32,000 nucleotides of DNA from Nitratidesulfovibrio vulgaris str. Hildenborough (GTDB taxonomy: Bacteria > Desulfobacterota > Desulfovibrionia > Desulfovibrionales > Desulfovibrionaceae). How positions within the stretch are numbered: the stretch's first letter is position 1; each line of letters begins with the position of its first letter. The DNA lies in assembly GCF_000195755.1 (NCBI RefSeq), contig NC_002937.3, positions 2,220,001-2,252,000 on the forward strand, given 5' to 3'. The notes under the pieces were generated by a model. The model was not told the origin of the DNA. It searched no databases and saw only the letters and a program-made list of their open reading frames with translations. This document shows positions 16,243 to 26,008 of the stretch, piece by piece. A program made the translations under genes and the position numbers.

Positions 16243-17562
16243 TCAGAAGCCGTGCTGCGTGTAGCGTTTGCCGCGCCTGTCGATGCACTGGATGTAACGG
16301 TAGTTGCCGCGCGTCTTCGCCTCGTCCTCCATCCGCAACCCTGCGGCATGGCAGGCGTCACAGGCGTCCTGCGGGATGTGGATGCCAACGCTCAGCGGGT
16401 TTACGGTCGACCACGTCTCGACCTTCATCGCGCCGGAACAATGCTCGCACAGCGTCACCGTCTCGACCTGACTCTCGCTGATGCCGTCGGTATCATAGTA
16501 CACGTCGCGCGTGCGGACAAAGGTATCACCCACCACATCGCCCTGCTTGGGGCGCGCCGGGGGTTCGAAGTACAGGCGCGGAAGTTCGTCGCACAGCCGT
16601 TCGATGTAGTCTGTCACGTTCCGCGGCTGTTCGATGGCGGCGAGGTCCAGCCCCGGTTCGCGCACGTCGTCGAAGTCGAGTCCCGCCATGGCGAGGCAGA
16701 TGCCGAGGTTCACATACGGCAACGCGCCCTGAATGGCGTAGCCCCCCTCCAGCACGGCGATGTCGGGGTCGAGCATCCTGTTCAGCATGGCGTAGCCGCG
16801 CGCCGTGAAGTTCATGTTGGTGATGGGGTCGCTGAAATGGTTGTCCTGCCCCGCCGAGTTGATGATGAGGTCGGGCTTGAAATCGTCGAGGATAGGCCGC
16901 ACCACATGCTCGATGACGTGCAGGAACCCCCTGTCGGACGTACCGGGGGGCAAGGGGATGTTGATGGTGCGCCCCATGGCGTTGGGGCCGCCCAGTTCCT
17001 GCGGGAAGCCCGTGCCGGGGTACAGGGTGCGCCCGTCCTGATGCAGCGAGATGAACAGCGTGTCGCGGTCGTGCCAGTAGATGTCCTGCGTTCCGTCGCC
17101 GTGGTGGCAGTCGGTGTCTACGATGGCGACACGAAGCCTGCCGTACTGTTCGCGGATATGCTCCAGCATGACGGCTTCGATGTTGATGTTGCAGAAGCCG
17201 CGGTTGCCGTGCACCACGCGCATGGCATGATGCCCCGGGGGACGGATGAGGGCGAAGGCCTTGTCCGCCCGCTTCTCCATGACGAGACGCGCCGCCTTGA
17301 TGGCCCCCCCGGCGGAGACAAGATGCGACTTGGTGCACACACTCGACACGTCGGGCAGGCAGAAGTGCACGCGCTCGACATCTTCGCGGGTGGCCACATC
17401 GGGCTTGTGTTCGGTGATGCCCGCGATGTCGAAAAGCCCCTCCTCACGCAACTGGTCTTGCGTGTACAGAAGCCGTTCCTCCCTCTCCGGGTGCGTGGGG
17501 CTTATGGCCCAGTCGAACGCCGGAAAGAAGATGACACCCAGCCTGTTCTTCGCTTCGAGCAT
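16243..17562 (-). CDS. Histone deacetylase-family (AcuC/acetylpolyamine amidohydrolase-like) Zn hydrolase with C-terminal Cys4 extension
   Basis: Catalytic motifs RPPGHHA, DTDCHHGDGTQ and EGGY. AGGAGAG RBS. About 100 extra C-terminal residues carry CEHC...CDAC. Confidence 0.85.
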   Translation of the reverse strand: MLEAKNRLGVIFFPAFDWAISPTHPEREERLLYTQDQLREEGLFDIAGITEHKPDVATREDVERVHFCLPDVSSVCTKSHLVSAGGAIKAARLVMEKRADKAFALIRPPGHHAMRVVHGNRGFCNINIEAVMLEHIREQYGRLRVAIVDTDCHHGDGTQDIYWHDRDTLFISLHQDGRTLYPGTGFPQELGGPNAMGRTINIPLPPGTSDRGFLHVIEHVVRPILDDFKPDLIINSAGQDNHFSDPITNMNFTARGYAMLNRMLDPDIAVLEGGYAIQGALPYVNLGICLAMAGLDFDDVREPGLDLAAIEQPRNVTDYIERLCDELPRLYFEPPARPKQGDVVGDTFVRTRDVYYDTDGISESQVETVTLCEHCSGAMKVETWSTVNPLSVGIHIPQDACDACHAAGLRMEDEAKTRGNYRYIQCIDRRGKRYTQHGF

Positions 17563-17715
17563 GGTCTCTCCTGTCGCCTTGTTCGCTTGCGGGCCTTGCC
17601 AGCCTTAACGGGCGGTTCGCCTTACGGGCCTTGAAGGGATACGTCGTCTGATGGGCCTTTCTGATGCAGCCGGGTCGCCCCGGATGACCGCAGTCGTGCC
17701 TCCCGGTCTACGCCG

Positions 17716-18390
17716 TCATGCCCCCGTCCGGCCCGAGACGGCTTCGCCGGACGAAACGTCGCCCAACGCCGCCGCCACGATGCCGACGACATCGCGCACC
17801 ACGTCTTCGGGCGACTGTGTGGCATCGACCACACGGTAACGCCCGCCATGCAGGGCCGCCCATGTGAGATAGCCTTCGCGCACCCGGGTATGGAAGGCAA
17901 GACTCTCGGCCTCGAACCTTCCTTCGGCGGCGTGCATCCCCTCACGGATGTTGCGGGCAAGCGCCCGGTTCAATCCGGCCTCAGGTTCGAGGTCGAGAAG
18001 GATGGTGAGGTCGGGCCACAACCCGCCCACGGCCACGTCGTTGAACTGGCGCAGCATCATGGGGTCCAGCCCGCGCCCGTAGCCCTGATAGACCACGGTG
18101 GAGTCGGCATACCTGTCGCTGAGCACCACCATACCCTCATCAAGTGCGGGCCGCACCACCTGCGCCACATGCTGCGCCCTGTCCGCAAGGTAGAGGAAAA
18201 GCTCAGCCTCGGGGGTGATGTCGGTATTGCCGAGGTCGAGCAATATGGAACGCAGGGTACGACCGAGGCGGCTGCCGCCGGGTTCACGCGTCACGGCCAC
18301 GCCATGCCCGCGCTGCTGCAACCATGCCGCCAGCCCCTGCAGGGCCGTACTCTTGCCGCTGCCCTCTATGCCTTCGAAAGTAATGAACAC
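17716..18390 (-). CDS. tmk: Thymidylate kinase
   Basis: [15 protein letters not shown]-loop, REPGG, DRY motif. GTG start. It overlaps the upstream gene by 25 nt. Confidence 0.9.
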
Positions 18391-19409
18391 TGTTCCACCT
18401 CGGGTGTGCCCCGGCGGCGACGGGTCGTCGCCACGGGTTCCGGCGTACGTGCCGGACGATAGAGAAAACGCTGCAACGTGTTCTGATACGGCGACCAGCC
18501 CGTCTCGCCCTCGCCCATGTTGGCGAAGAGTCCGCGCATCTGGGCCATCTTGGCATCGATGTTGTCGGCGTAGTGCAGCACCATGGCTTCCGCCGTCTTG
18601 GGGCGCTTCGGCGAACCGTACTCCAGTTCACCATGATGGCTGAGTATGAGGTGCTTGAAATGCATGACCAGTTCGGGTTCGAGACCCGACTTGCGCAGGT
18701 GCGGTTCGATGCGCTCAAGCCCGATGTGGATGTGCCCCAGCAGACGCCCCTCGTCGGAGTAGTCGTTGGCGAGGCCACCGGTCAGTTCCCACACCTTGCC
18801 GATGTCGTGGAAGATGGCACCCGCCACAAGCGCCTGCCTGTCGAGTTCGGGATAGTGCTCTGCCAGATGCAGGCACAGCCGGGTGACGGAGAGGATATGC
18901 TCCACGAGACCACCCACGAAGGCATGGTGCACCGCCTTGGCAGCCGGGGCCACCAGCAGGCGGGGGCGGACGTCATCGTCACGCAGCACACCCAGCACGA
19001 ACTTGCGCCACGGGGCATGGGTGAACACTTCGCGGCACAGCCTTTCAAGCTCTTCGAGCATCTCGGCGGCGGGGCGCTCGCTGGCAGGCAGGAACTGCGA
19101 GATGTCCAGCGAGGCCTGTTCAGCCTCACCCAGTGTACGCAGTCTTTCCACGGTCACCTCCACCCTGTCGCGGTAGGTGCCTGAACGCCCTTCGAGGTCG
19201 ACAATCTGCCCCGGCGCAAGGTCGGGGTAGGCCTGACTCTGCGGGCTCCATATCTTGGCCTCCATGGTGCCCGTGGCATCGCGCAGTTCAAGACGCCAGA
19301 AAGGGCCGTTGCGGGCCTGATTGAGCGTCGCCGCCCCAAGCAGGAAGAGCCCGCGGACATCACCGTTGGCTTCTATATCTTTGATGGATTGTCTTTTTTC
19401 CATGTGCAT
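18366..19409 (-). CDS. OB-fold + HD-domain protein, YhaM-like 3'-5' exoribonuclease family
   Basis: The N-terminal OB-like region is [18 protein letters not shown]. The HD domain has [11 protein letters not shown]...IFHDIGK...SHHG. Confidence 0.7.
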
Positions 19410-19540
19410 CTTACACCAGTCACGGACAGCCGGAACGGGGACCGGCCATGCCGTTTTCGACCGGCCTGTTTTTCTTACGGTTTCGTGCTTTTCAGCCCTG
19501 TTGTCAATGCAGGCCGCCCGCCGCCATCCCCTTCCTCAGT

Positions 19541-20293
19541 ATGCGTATAGCACTCACCAACGACGACGGCATACAGGCCCCGGGCCTGCGGGCCATCTAC
19601 AAGGCACTCATCGAGGCCGGGCACACCGTGGACGTGGTGGCACCCGTCACCGAACAGTCGGCAGTGGGCCACGCCGTCACCATCGCCATGCCCCTGCGCG
19701 TGAAGGTCTTCCACGAGAACGGCTTCCGCGGGCACGGCGTGTACGGCACCCCCACCGACTGCATGAAACTGGGGCTTTCGTCGCTGCTGGAACACAAGCC
19801 TGAACTCGTGGTCAGCGGCATCAACGCCGGGGCCAACGTCGGCCCCGACATCCTGTACTCCGGGACGGTTTCAGCCGCAACAGAGGCCGCCCACATGGGC
19901 TACCGCGCCGTGGCCCTCTCCTACGACTCGTTCAGGCCGGAGGACATCTCGGCCCACGCCCGCCATGCTGCCGCACTGCTGCCGCACATCGAGTGGGCGG
20001 GGCTTCCGGAACGGTGCGTGGTCAACATCAACTACCCCGCCGTGCCCGTCGAGAGCATCAAGGGCGTGCGCGTATGCCCGCAGACCCGCGCCGTGTGGCA
20101 CGACTGGTACGAGCACAGGACAGACCCCCGCGGCGGTTCATACTGGTGGCTGAACGGCGTCATCCCGCCGGAGACCGTGGCACCCGGCACCGACAGGGCG
20201 CTGCTTACCGAAGGCTACATCACCGTCACGCCGCTTCGCTTCGACTTCACCGACAGCGAGACCCTGACCAGACTCGCCTCGCTCGAAGAGTAG
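19541..20293 (+). CDS. surE: 5'/3'-nucleotidase SurE
   Basis: MRIALTNDDGIQAPGL... and SGINAGANVG motifs. I chose the start at 19541 by N-terminal conservation; the ORF track start is 19448. Confidence 0.9.
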   Translation: MRIALTNDDGIQAPGLRAIYKALIEAGHTVDVVAPVTEQSAVGHAVTIAMPLRVKVFHENGFRGHGVYGTPTDCMKLGLSSLLEHKPELVVSGINAGANVGPDILYSGTVSAATEAAHMGYRAVALSYDSFRPEDISAHARHAAALLPHIEWAGLPERCVVNINYPAVPVESIKGVRVCPQTRAVWHDWYEHRTDPRGGSYWWLNGVIPPETVAPGTDRALLTEGYITVTPLRFDFTDSETLTRLASLEE

Positions 20294-20741
20294 GTCTCTG
20301 CGAAGTCGCTAGACGACGTATAGGGAAGGTTTAGGGCGTTCACCGGCGCGGAGGAATGGGGGCAACGCCAGCGCCTTCCCCGGCGAGGCATCTCCCCGCA
20401 CCTGCCCTGCCGTGCCCCGCATTGTCGTGCTTTGCCTTGGAGGTGCCCCCCGCGGTCGTGATGCGCCTGCGCCCCCGGCCCGCAGCGACTTGCAGCTGCC
20501 GGGAACCTCCCCGCAACGGGAGGGGCGCATTCATCGGACGTGTGATGGAAGCCCCCTTCGCACCTTTATTTTTTCGAGGGTTTCTGCTATTTTCCCCGCG
20601 CCTTGATTGTACTATACGCCGCCCTCGCCTATGATGGATGATGACGCGGCCTATACATGAACTCTCCGGCGCGCCACGGGCCGCCGTAGCATACCCACGG
20701 AGGCACCGCGTCTGCCTCCGCCCAACCCCGAGGAGGAGCAT

Positions 20742-21665
20742 ATGCCGCTGACCGGTCCCAGAGAGATGTTCGCACGGGCCTACCGTGAAGGCCACGCCGT
20801 TGGCGCCTTCAACGTGAACAACATGGAAATCATACAGGGCATCATGCAGGCGGGTGCCGAAGAACGCGCCCCGCTCATCCTTCAGGTATCGGCGGGCGCG
20901 CGCAAGTATGCGGGCCAGAATTACATCATCAAGCTCATCGAAGCCGCCCTGCTTGACACCGACCTGCCGGTGGTGCTGCACCTCGACCACGGTCAGGACT
21001 TCGACATCTGCAAGTCGTGCATCGACGGCGGCTTCACCTCCGTCATGATCGACGGTTCGCACCTGTCCTACGAGGAGAACATCGCCGTCACCCGCCGCGT
21101 GGTCGAATACGCCCACGACAAGGGCGTGTGGGTCGAGGCCGAACTGGGCCAGCTGGCGGGCGTCGAGGACGAGGTCTCTGCCGAACACTCGGTCTACACC
21201 GACCCCGACCAGGCCGTCGAATTCGTGCAGCGCACCGGGTGCGACTCGCTCGCCATCGCCATCGGCACCAGCCACGGCGCCTACAAGTTCACCGGCGACG
21301 CCAAGCTCGACTTCGCCCGCCTCGAGACCATCACCAAGATGCTGCCCGACTACCCGCTGGTGCTGCATGGCGCGTCCAGCGTGCCGCAGGAGTTCGTCGA
21401 GATGGCCAACGCCTACGGCGGCAAGGTGGGCGGTGCGCGTGGCGTGCCCGAAGACCTGCTGCGCAAGGCTGCCACCTTCGGCGTGTGCAAGATCAACATC
21501 GACACCGACATCCGCCTTGCGATGACCGCCACCATCCGCAAGCACTTCATCGAGAATCCCGGCGACTTCGACCCGCGCGCCTATCTCAAGCCCGCTCGTG
21601 AAGCCGTCAAGAACATGGTCCAGCACAAGATTCGCAACGTGCTGGGTTGCTCCAACAAGATCTAA
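20742..21665 (+). CDS. fba: Class II fructose-1,6-bisphosphate aldolase
   Basis: GAGGAGGAG RBS. AVGAFNVNNME, LHLDHG, GTSHGAYKF and LVLHGASS motifs. Confidence 0.9.
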   Translation: MPLTGPREMFARAYREGHAVGAFNVNNMEIIQGIMQAGAEERAPLILQVSAGARKYAGQNYIIKLIEAALLDTDLPVVLHLDHGQDFDICKSCIDGGFTSVMIDGSHLSYEENIAVTRRVVEYAHDKGVWVEAELGQLAGVEDEVSAEHSVYTDPDQAVEFVQRTGCDSLAIAIGTSHGAYKFTGDAKLDFARLETITKMLPDYPLVLHGASSVPQEFVEMANAYGGKVGGARGVPEDLLRKAATFGVCKINIDTDIRLAMTATIRKHFIENPGDFDPRAYLKPAREAVKNMVQHKIRNVLGCSNKI

Positions 21666-21688
21666 CGCCACATCAGGAGTCGAAGAGC

Positions 21689-22690
21689 ATGTCCCTCAAT
21701 CTCGGCATCAACGGCTTCGGTCGCATCGGTCGCTACCTTGTCCGTCTTCTGGCCGAAGACAACGAACTGTCGATAGCGGCCATCAACGCCCGCGCCGATA
21801 ACGCTTCGCTCGCCCATCTCTTCAAGTACGACTCGTGCCACGGCCGTTTCAACGGCGAGGTGGGGCATGATGCCGACGGTCTCATCGTCAACGGCCGCCA
21901 TATCGCGGTCACCCGCGAGAAGATCAACGAATGGCGCTGGGGCGAACTGGGCATCGACCTCGCCGTGGAGACCTCCGGCACGGTGAAAGACCGCGCAGGG
22001 CTGGCGCAGCACATCGCGCGCGGTGCCAAGAAGTGCGTGATCAGCGCCCCCGGCAAGGATGCCGACGTGACCATCGTCATGGGCGTCAACCACGGCGACT
22101 ACGACCCGGCGAAGCACGACGTCATCTCTGCGGCCTCTTGCACCACCAACTGCCTTGCCCCCGCCGCCAAGGTCGTTCACGAGACCTTCGGCATCAGGCA
22201 CGGCATCATGACCACGGTGCACTCGTACACCATGAGCCAGCGCATCCTCGACGGTTCGCACAAGGACCTGCGCCGTGGACGCGCCGCCGCCCTGTCGATG
22301 ATTCCCACCACCACCGGTGCCGCCAAGGCCACCGCGCTGGTGTACCCCGCGCTGGCGGGCAAACTCGATGGCATGGCCGTGCGTGTGCCCACCCCCAACG
22401 TCTCGCTGGTTGACCTCACCTGCGAACTTGAGCGCGAGACCACGGTCGAAGAGGTCAACGCCGCACTCAAGGCCGCCGCTGCCGGGCCGATGCTTGGCAA
22501 CATGGGCTTCTGTGAAGAACCGCTGGTCTCCATCGACTTCATGGGCAGCACCTTCGGCGGCGTGGTCGACGCCCAGTGCACCTCCGTCATCGACAAGACC
22601 ATGCTCAAGCTCATCATCTGGTACGACAACGAAGCGGGCTTCACCAACCAGCTGGTGCGCCTGCTGCGTATGGTGGGCAAAAGCCTGTAG
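21689..22690 (+). CDS. gap: Glyceraldehyde-3-phosphate dehydrogenase
   Basis: INGFGRIGR Rossmann motif, active-site SCTTNCLAP, WYDNEAGF. CAGGAG RBS lies before the ATG at 21689. Confidence 0.9.
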   Translation: MSLNLGINGFGRIGRYLVRLLAEDNELSIAAINARADNASLAHLFKYDSCHGRFNGEVGHDADGLIVNGRHIAVTREKINEWRWGELGIDLAVETSGTVKDRAGLAQHIARGAKKCVISAPGKDADVTIVMGVNHGDYDPAKHDVISAASCTTNCLAPAAKVVHETFGIRHGIMTTVHSYTMSQRILDGSHKDLRRGRAAALSMIPTTTGAAKATALVYPALAGKLDGMAVRVPTPNVSLVDLTCELERETTVEEVNAALKAAAAGPMLGNMGFCEEPLVSIDFMGSTFGGVVDAQCTSVIDKTMLKLIIWYDNEAGFTNQLVRLLRMVGKSL

Positions 22691-22755
22691 ACCTACATGT
22701 CCCGCGCCGCGGATGCGGCGTGGAATGCTGGCGAACGCCAGTGACATATGAAACA

Positions 22756-22787
22756 GAAAGCCCCCTTCCGCACGGAAGGGGGCTTTC
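22756..22787. terminator. Strong GC-rich hairpin, probable (bidirectional) terminator after gap
   Basis: GAAAGCCCCCTTCCG / CGGAAGGGGGCTTTC are near-perfect 15-nt arms. A T-rich run follows on the minus strand (TTTCTGTTTC). On the plus strand the only Ts near the 3' end are the CTTTC at the end of the right arm, inside the stem. Confidence 0.6.
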
Positions 22788-23014
22788 TGCAAGCGAAACT
22801 GCACATGCAGAACACTACGGCAACCACCTCGGGCGGCGCATCAAGTCTGCAGGAGCATCACAGTCGTCGACACTCGCACATCTTCAGAGGGAGGCTGCCG
22901 CAGGCCGCCCACGGCGCAGAAGACAGCATACCATCTGACCGCACCGCCGGACACCAGCAGGTCAGGAGCATGCCACTCCGTACACCCGCAGACCTCGTCC
23001 AGAGGCAGCCAGCA

Positions 23015-23665
23015 TCAAGCCGCCCACATCAAGACGTCATCCATCTCATGCTGGAATGCCTGTAGAAAAGCAGCTACATGTCGACCATCTACGAAGCTAT
23101 GCAGGGCCTCTACAGAGACGGAGAACTCATGTGAGTCCTTGGAGATCATGCCCATAGCGATGCGAGGAACTGTATCAACCCACGGGTCACCCCACGGGTT
23201 GGTTATTGACGTAAAATCAAAATCCCTGAGCATTGTCAGATACACGAGTTGCTGTGATGCCCCACCATCAGGACACAACGTCGGATTTACTTCAGAAAGA
23301 CGCATCGCATTCTCGACATTATCCATGAATCGCTTTGCGTCTTCATCCCATGCGGCTATACAGTTGGAATGGAGCTTGTGCTCACTGGACTTTGGAACAT
23401 ATGTGAACGCAGCATCAACATACTCGAACTCAACAGGCCGCAGATCGATGATTCGCATTTTGAATTCAGGTATGCCATTCACAGCCTTCATCACGGCTCT
23501 ATAGAGGAGAGAACTCAATCTGTTCGTCTTGCAGTTTGCTCTATATTCGACGACACGACGGGCATTCAACCTTGAGGTCACAGACAGACACGGATTTCTT
23601 CTGCCTTGAAAGAATGCGAAATGCTCGCGCCTGCTCCATGAATCGACATCCACAAAAGGTACCAT
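23015..23665 (-). CDS. Type-A chloramphenicol O-acetyltransferase (CAT) family protein; substrate unknown
   Basis: The N-terminal VDVDSWSRREHFAFF matches the CAT WxRxxHFxxF motif. The C-terminal HSFVDGRH aligns with the CAT HHAVCDG(Y/F)H catalytic-His motif. About 216 aa, a typical CAT size. GAGG lies 7 nt upstream of the ATG. The gene is markedly AT-richer than its neighbours. Confidence 0.65.
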   Translation of the reverse strand: MVPFVDVDSWSRREHFAFFQGRRNPCLSVTSRLNARRVVEYRANCKTNRLSSLLYRAVMKAVNGIPEFKMRIIDLRPVEFEYVDAAFTYVPKSSEHKLHSNCIAAWDEDAKRFMDNVENAMRLSEVNPTLCPDGGASQQLVYLTMLRDFDFTSITNPWGDPWVDTVPRIAMGMISKDSHEFSVSVEALHSFVDGRHVAAFLQAFQHEMDDVLMWAA

Positions 23666-24025
23666 CACAAGACCTCAGAAAGAAATGGCTTTTTCAGACA
23701 TCGAAATCACGTAGTTGTCCGTCATATCAGAAATAAAGTCCAAACAGGGTTGTTCCTTGCCTCTTTCCGTCTCGAGGTCATAAAATCTCACCATCTTCTT
23801 CCAATGAATTCAAATGATTAATATGCAAAACTCTTGGACAGACATGACCATTGCTTGTATCAAAAAACTTGTGTTTTATGCTCAAGCCTTCTGTACCATT
23901 GCATTATTTCACTTCACGAGCCTTCAACTGTGGCAAATCCGGCAAATCTATTGGCGTAAAAGCGACTAGCCATCGCCCCTTTGTTAGCACACCATCGAAA
24001 ACAACCAATAACCATGCGTAATCAT

Positions 24026-25534
24026 TCAACATTCAACCACACTCACCGCAAGTCCACCCGCTGAGGTCTCCTTGAACTTGGCGTTCATGTCGTGGCCTAT
24101 CTCGGCCATGGCGCGGATGACGTTATCCAGCGTCACGCGGTGGTGCTTGGGGTCTTCGCAGGTAGCCACAAGGCAGGCGTTGTAGGCTTTCACCGCGCCC
24201 ACGGCGTTGCGTTCGATGCACGGTATCTGCACGTAGCCGCCCACGGGGTCGCAGGTGAGGCCAAGGTGGTGTTCCAGCGCGATTTCAGCGGCATTCTCCA
24301 CCACGCGCACGGCGTTGCCTCTAGCGTGTGCCAGCATGGCGGCAGCCATGGCCGAAGCCACCCCCACCTCGCCCTGACAACCCACCTCCGCGCCCGCGAT
24401 GCCCGCATTCTGCTTGGCGAGAAAGCCCACAGCCGCCGACGCCAGCACGCCTTCGCGCACGGCCCTGTCACCGATGCTGAAATCGTTACGCATGGCGTAC
24501 AGCACGGCAGGCATCACCCCCGCAGCCCCGCAGGTAGGCGCGGTGACGATGACCCCGCCGGAGGCATTCTCCTCCGACACGGCGAAGGCATAGGCGTTGA
24601 GTCGGCACAGGAAGGCATCAACGGCATGCGGCAGCTTTCCGGCACGCGCCATCAATGTACTGGCCTTGCGAAACACGCCCAGCGTACCCGGCAGGCGTCC
24701 TGTCGTCGCCAGTCCGCGCTCCACACTCGCCTCCATGAGGCCTATGATGGTGTCCAGCCGCGCCACGATGGATGCGCGCGAGGCCCCCGTCACCGCCATC
24801 TCGTTCTCGAGGATGATCTCATGCAGGGCCAGCCCCGTGTCGTCCATGCATTCGCGCAACTGGCGCATGGTGCAGTACGGATGGACAGGCGCACCGCGTT
24901 CTTCGGGCTGCCAGCCCTCCCACTGGATGAAGCCGCCCCCGACGGAATAGTAGGTATACGAGAAGAGCGACGCCCCTGTATCACCAAGCAACTCCAGCAC
25001 AAGCGTATTGCTGAACGGATGCTCATGCTGCACGGCGTCGTGCACGACACAGGCCGAAGTGAGCGGCAACCGCAGCCCGTCACGAAGCATCATGTACCGC
25101 ACCACGGCACCGGATGCGGAGTGCCCCTGCCCTTGCCCTGCGACGGGGACGGGGACGACCCCCTCGCACCCCAGAAGGCTGGCGTAGCGACCATCCGCCA
25201 AGGTCGTGTCGGTGGCAGGGCGTTCCTCTCCCGCGCCTTCGGGCCGCACAAGGTACTCCGGCGGGCACGACGCAGGAAGCTGCCCCGCAAGCCCTGCCAG
25301 AACAGCCATATCGGTTCCATGACCATAGCCCGTGGCGCTCAGCGAACCGAAAAGGCGCACACGCACCCCTGCGGCACGGCACAGGATGTCGTCCGGCAGG
25401 GTGGCGCACCGCTGCGCGAAGTCGTAACCCGCCTTCATGGGACCGATGGTATGTGAACTGGAGGGGCCGGGTCCGGCCTCGAACAGGTCGAAAAGCGATA
25501 TGGCGATGGCGGAACATGGGACGAGAGGCTGCAT
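24026..25534 (-). CDS. sdaA: L-serine ammonia-lyase (iron-sulfur-dependent L-serine dehydratase, single-chain form)
   Basis: The N-terminus SLFDLFEAGPGPSSSHTIGPM is diagnostic, with C-terminal GAEVGCQGEVGVASAMAAA. I chose the start at 25534 (GGGAG RBS). The 5' extension of the ORF to 25870 was rejected. Confidence 0.88.
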   Translation of the reverse strand: MQPLVPCSAIAISLFDLFEAGPGPSSSHTIGPMKAGYDFAQRCATLPDDILCRAAGVRVRLFGSLSATGYGHGTDMAVLAGLAGQLPASCPPEYLVRPEGAGEERPATDTTLADGRYASLLGCEGVVPVPVAGQGQGHSASGAVVRYMMLRDGLRLPLTSACVVHDAVQHEHPFSNTLVLELLGDTGASLFSYTYYSVGGGFIQWEGWQPEERGAPVHPYCTMRQLRECMDDTGLALHEIILENEMAVTGASRASIVARLDTIIGLMEASVERGLATTGRLPGTLGVFRKASTLMARAGKLPHAVDAFLCRLNAYAFAVSEENASGGVIVTAPTCGAAGVMPAVLYAMRNDFSIGDRAVREGVLASAAVGFLAKQNAGIAGAEVGCQGEVGVASAMAAAMLAHARGNAVRVVENAAEIALEHHLGLTCDPVGGYVQIPCIERNAVGAVKAYNACLVATCEDPKHHRVTLDNVIRAMAEIGHDMNAKFKETSAGGLAVSVVEC

Positions 25535-25881
25535 GGTGCTCCCGTTACGGGCGGAAAGGCTGCGCCCATGATGGCACGCCATCCCGGTTTCCGGTTGAAG
25601 CGCCCCGCGGAAGGAACGCCGTTGGCGATGGCGACAATTGGCGATGGAGGCAAGGGGCCATGCCTCGGCATGCCTGCCGGACAACCACCGATGTCGACGG
25701 ACACGATGGGCACGAGTGGCACGGCTCACACGCAGGACATGCCGCATATGCGTGGGCACCATGAGCACGACGAATGCCGCGCACTCCGCCAGCTTCACCC
25801 GCGCCATGCCCCCGGCAGGAATAAGCCCGCGACCATCATGGTCCTCACAGGCGGGCACACCGGAATGCACATGGCAACAGG

Positions 25882-25910
25882 TTGAAATAACGCGGTATCG
25901 ACACTATGAT
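25882..25910 (+). promoter_or_regulatory. Candidate sigma70-type promoter for the CNNM/TlyC-family gene
   Basis: TTGAAA (25882-25887), a 17-nt spacer, then TATGAT (25905-25910). It lies about 100 nt upstream of the ATG at 26009. Confidence 0.45.
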
Positions 25911-26008
25911 GAAAGGCTCTTCACGGTCAACCGTGCGGCATGTTACCTGTCACACTATTATGCAACCTGTAACCGCGCACCACACACGCACGAGGTACGC
26001 CGTCCACC

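Noticed and set aside
16177-17634. 485-aa plus-strand ORF; also 24092-25456 plus-strand (454 aa)
   Set aside because: They are antisense to the HDAC-family gene and to sdaA respectively, and are shadow ORFs.
20340-22804. 443-aa and 380-aa minus-strand ORFs (20340-21671 and 21662-22804)
   Set aside because: They are antisense shadows of fba and gap, whose plus-strand products carry unambiguous catalytic motifs.
22790-23015. attC (59-be)-like recombination site or IS remnants flanking the CAT-like gene
   Set aside because: No RYYYAAC/GTTRRRY core pair, terminal inverted repeats or direct duplications are visible at either edge of the low-GC islet.
23675-23725. 16-codon upstream ORF (MTDNYVISMSEKAISF) whose stop overlaps the RBS of the CAT-like gene; possible cat-type translation-attenuation leader
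   Set aside because: The idea is attractive because inducible cat genes use short leader peptides. However, I found no SD before the uORF. The only pairing that sequesters the CAT RBS is a weak 5-bp stem (GAGGU/ACCUU). The evidence is insufficient without expression data.
25535-25870. 5' extension of the sdaA ORF (the 614-aa version)
   Set aside because: The conserved SdaA N-terminus (SLFDLFEAGPGPSSSHTIGPM) begins right after the Met at 25534, which has a GGGAG RBS. The upstream 112 codons are Arg/His-rich and not protein-like.
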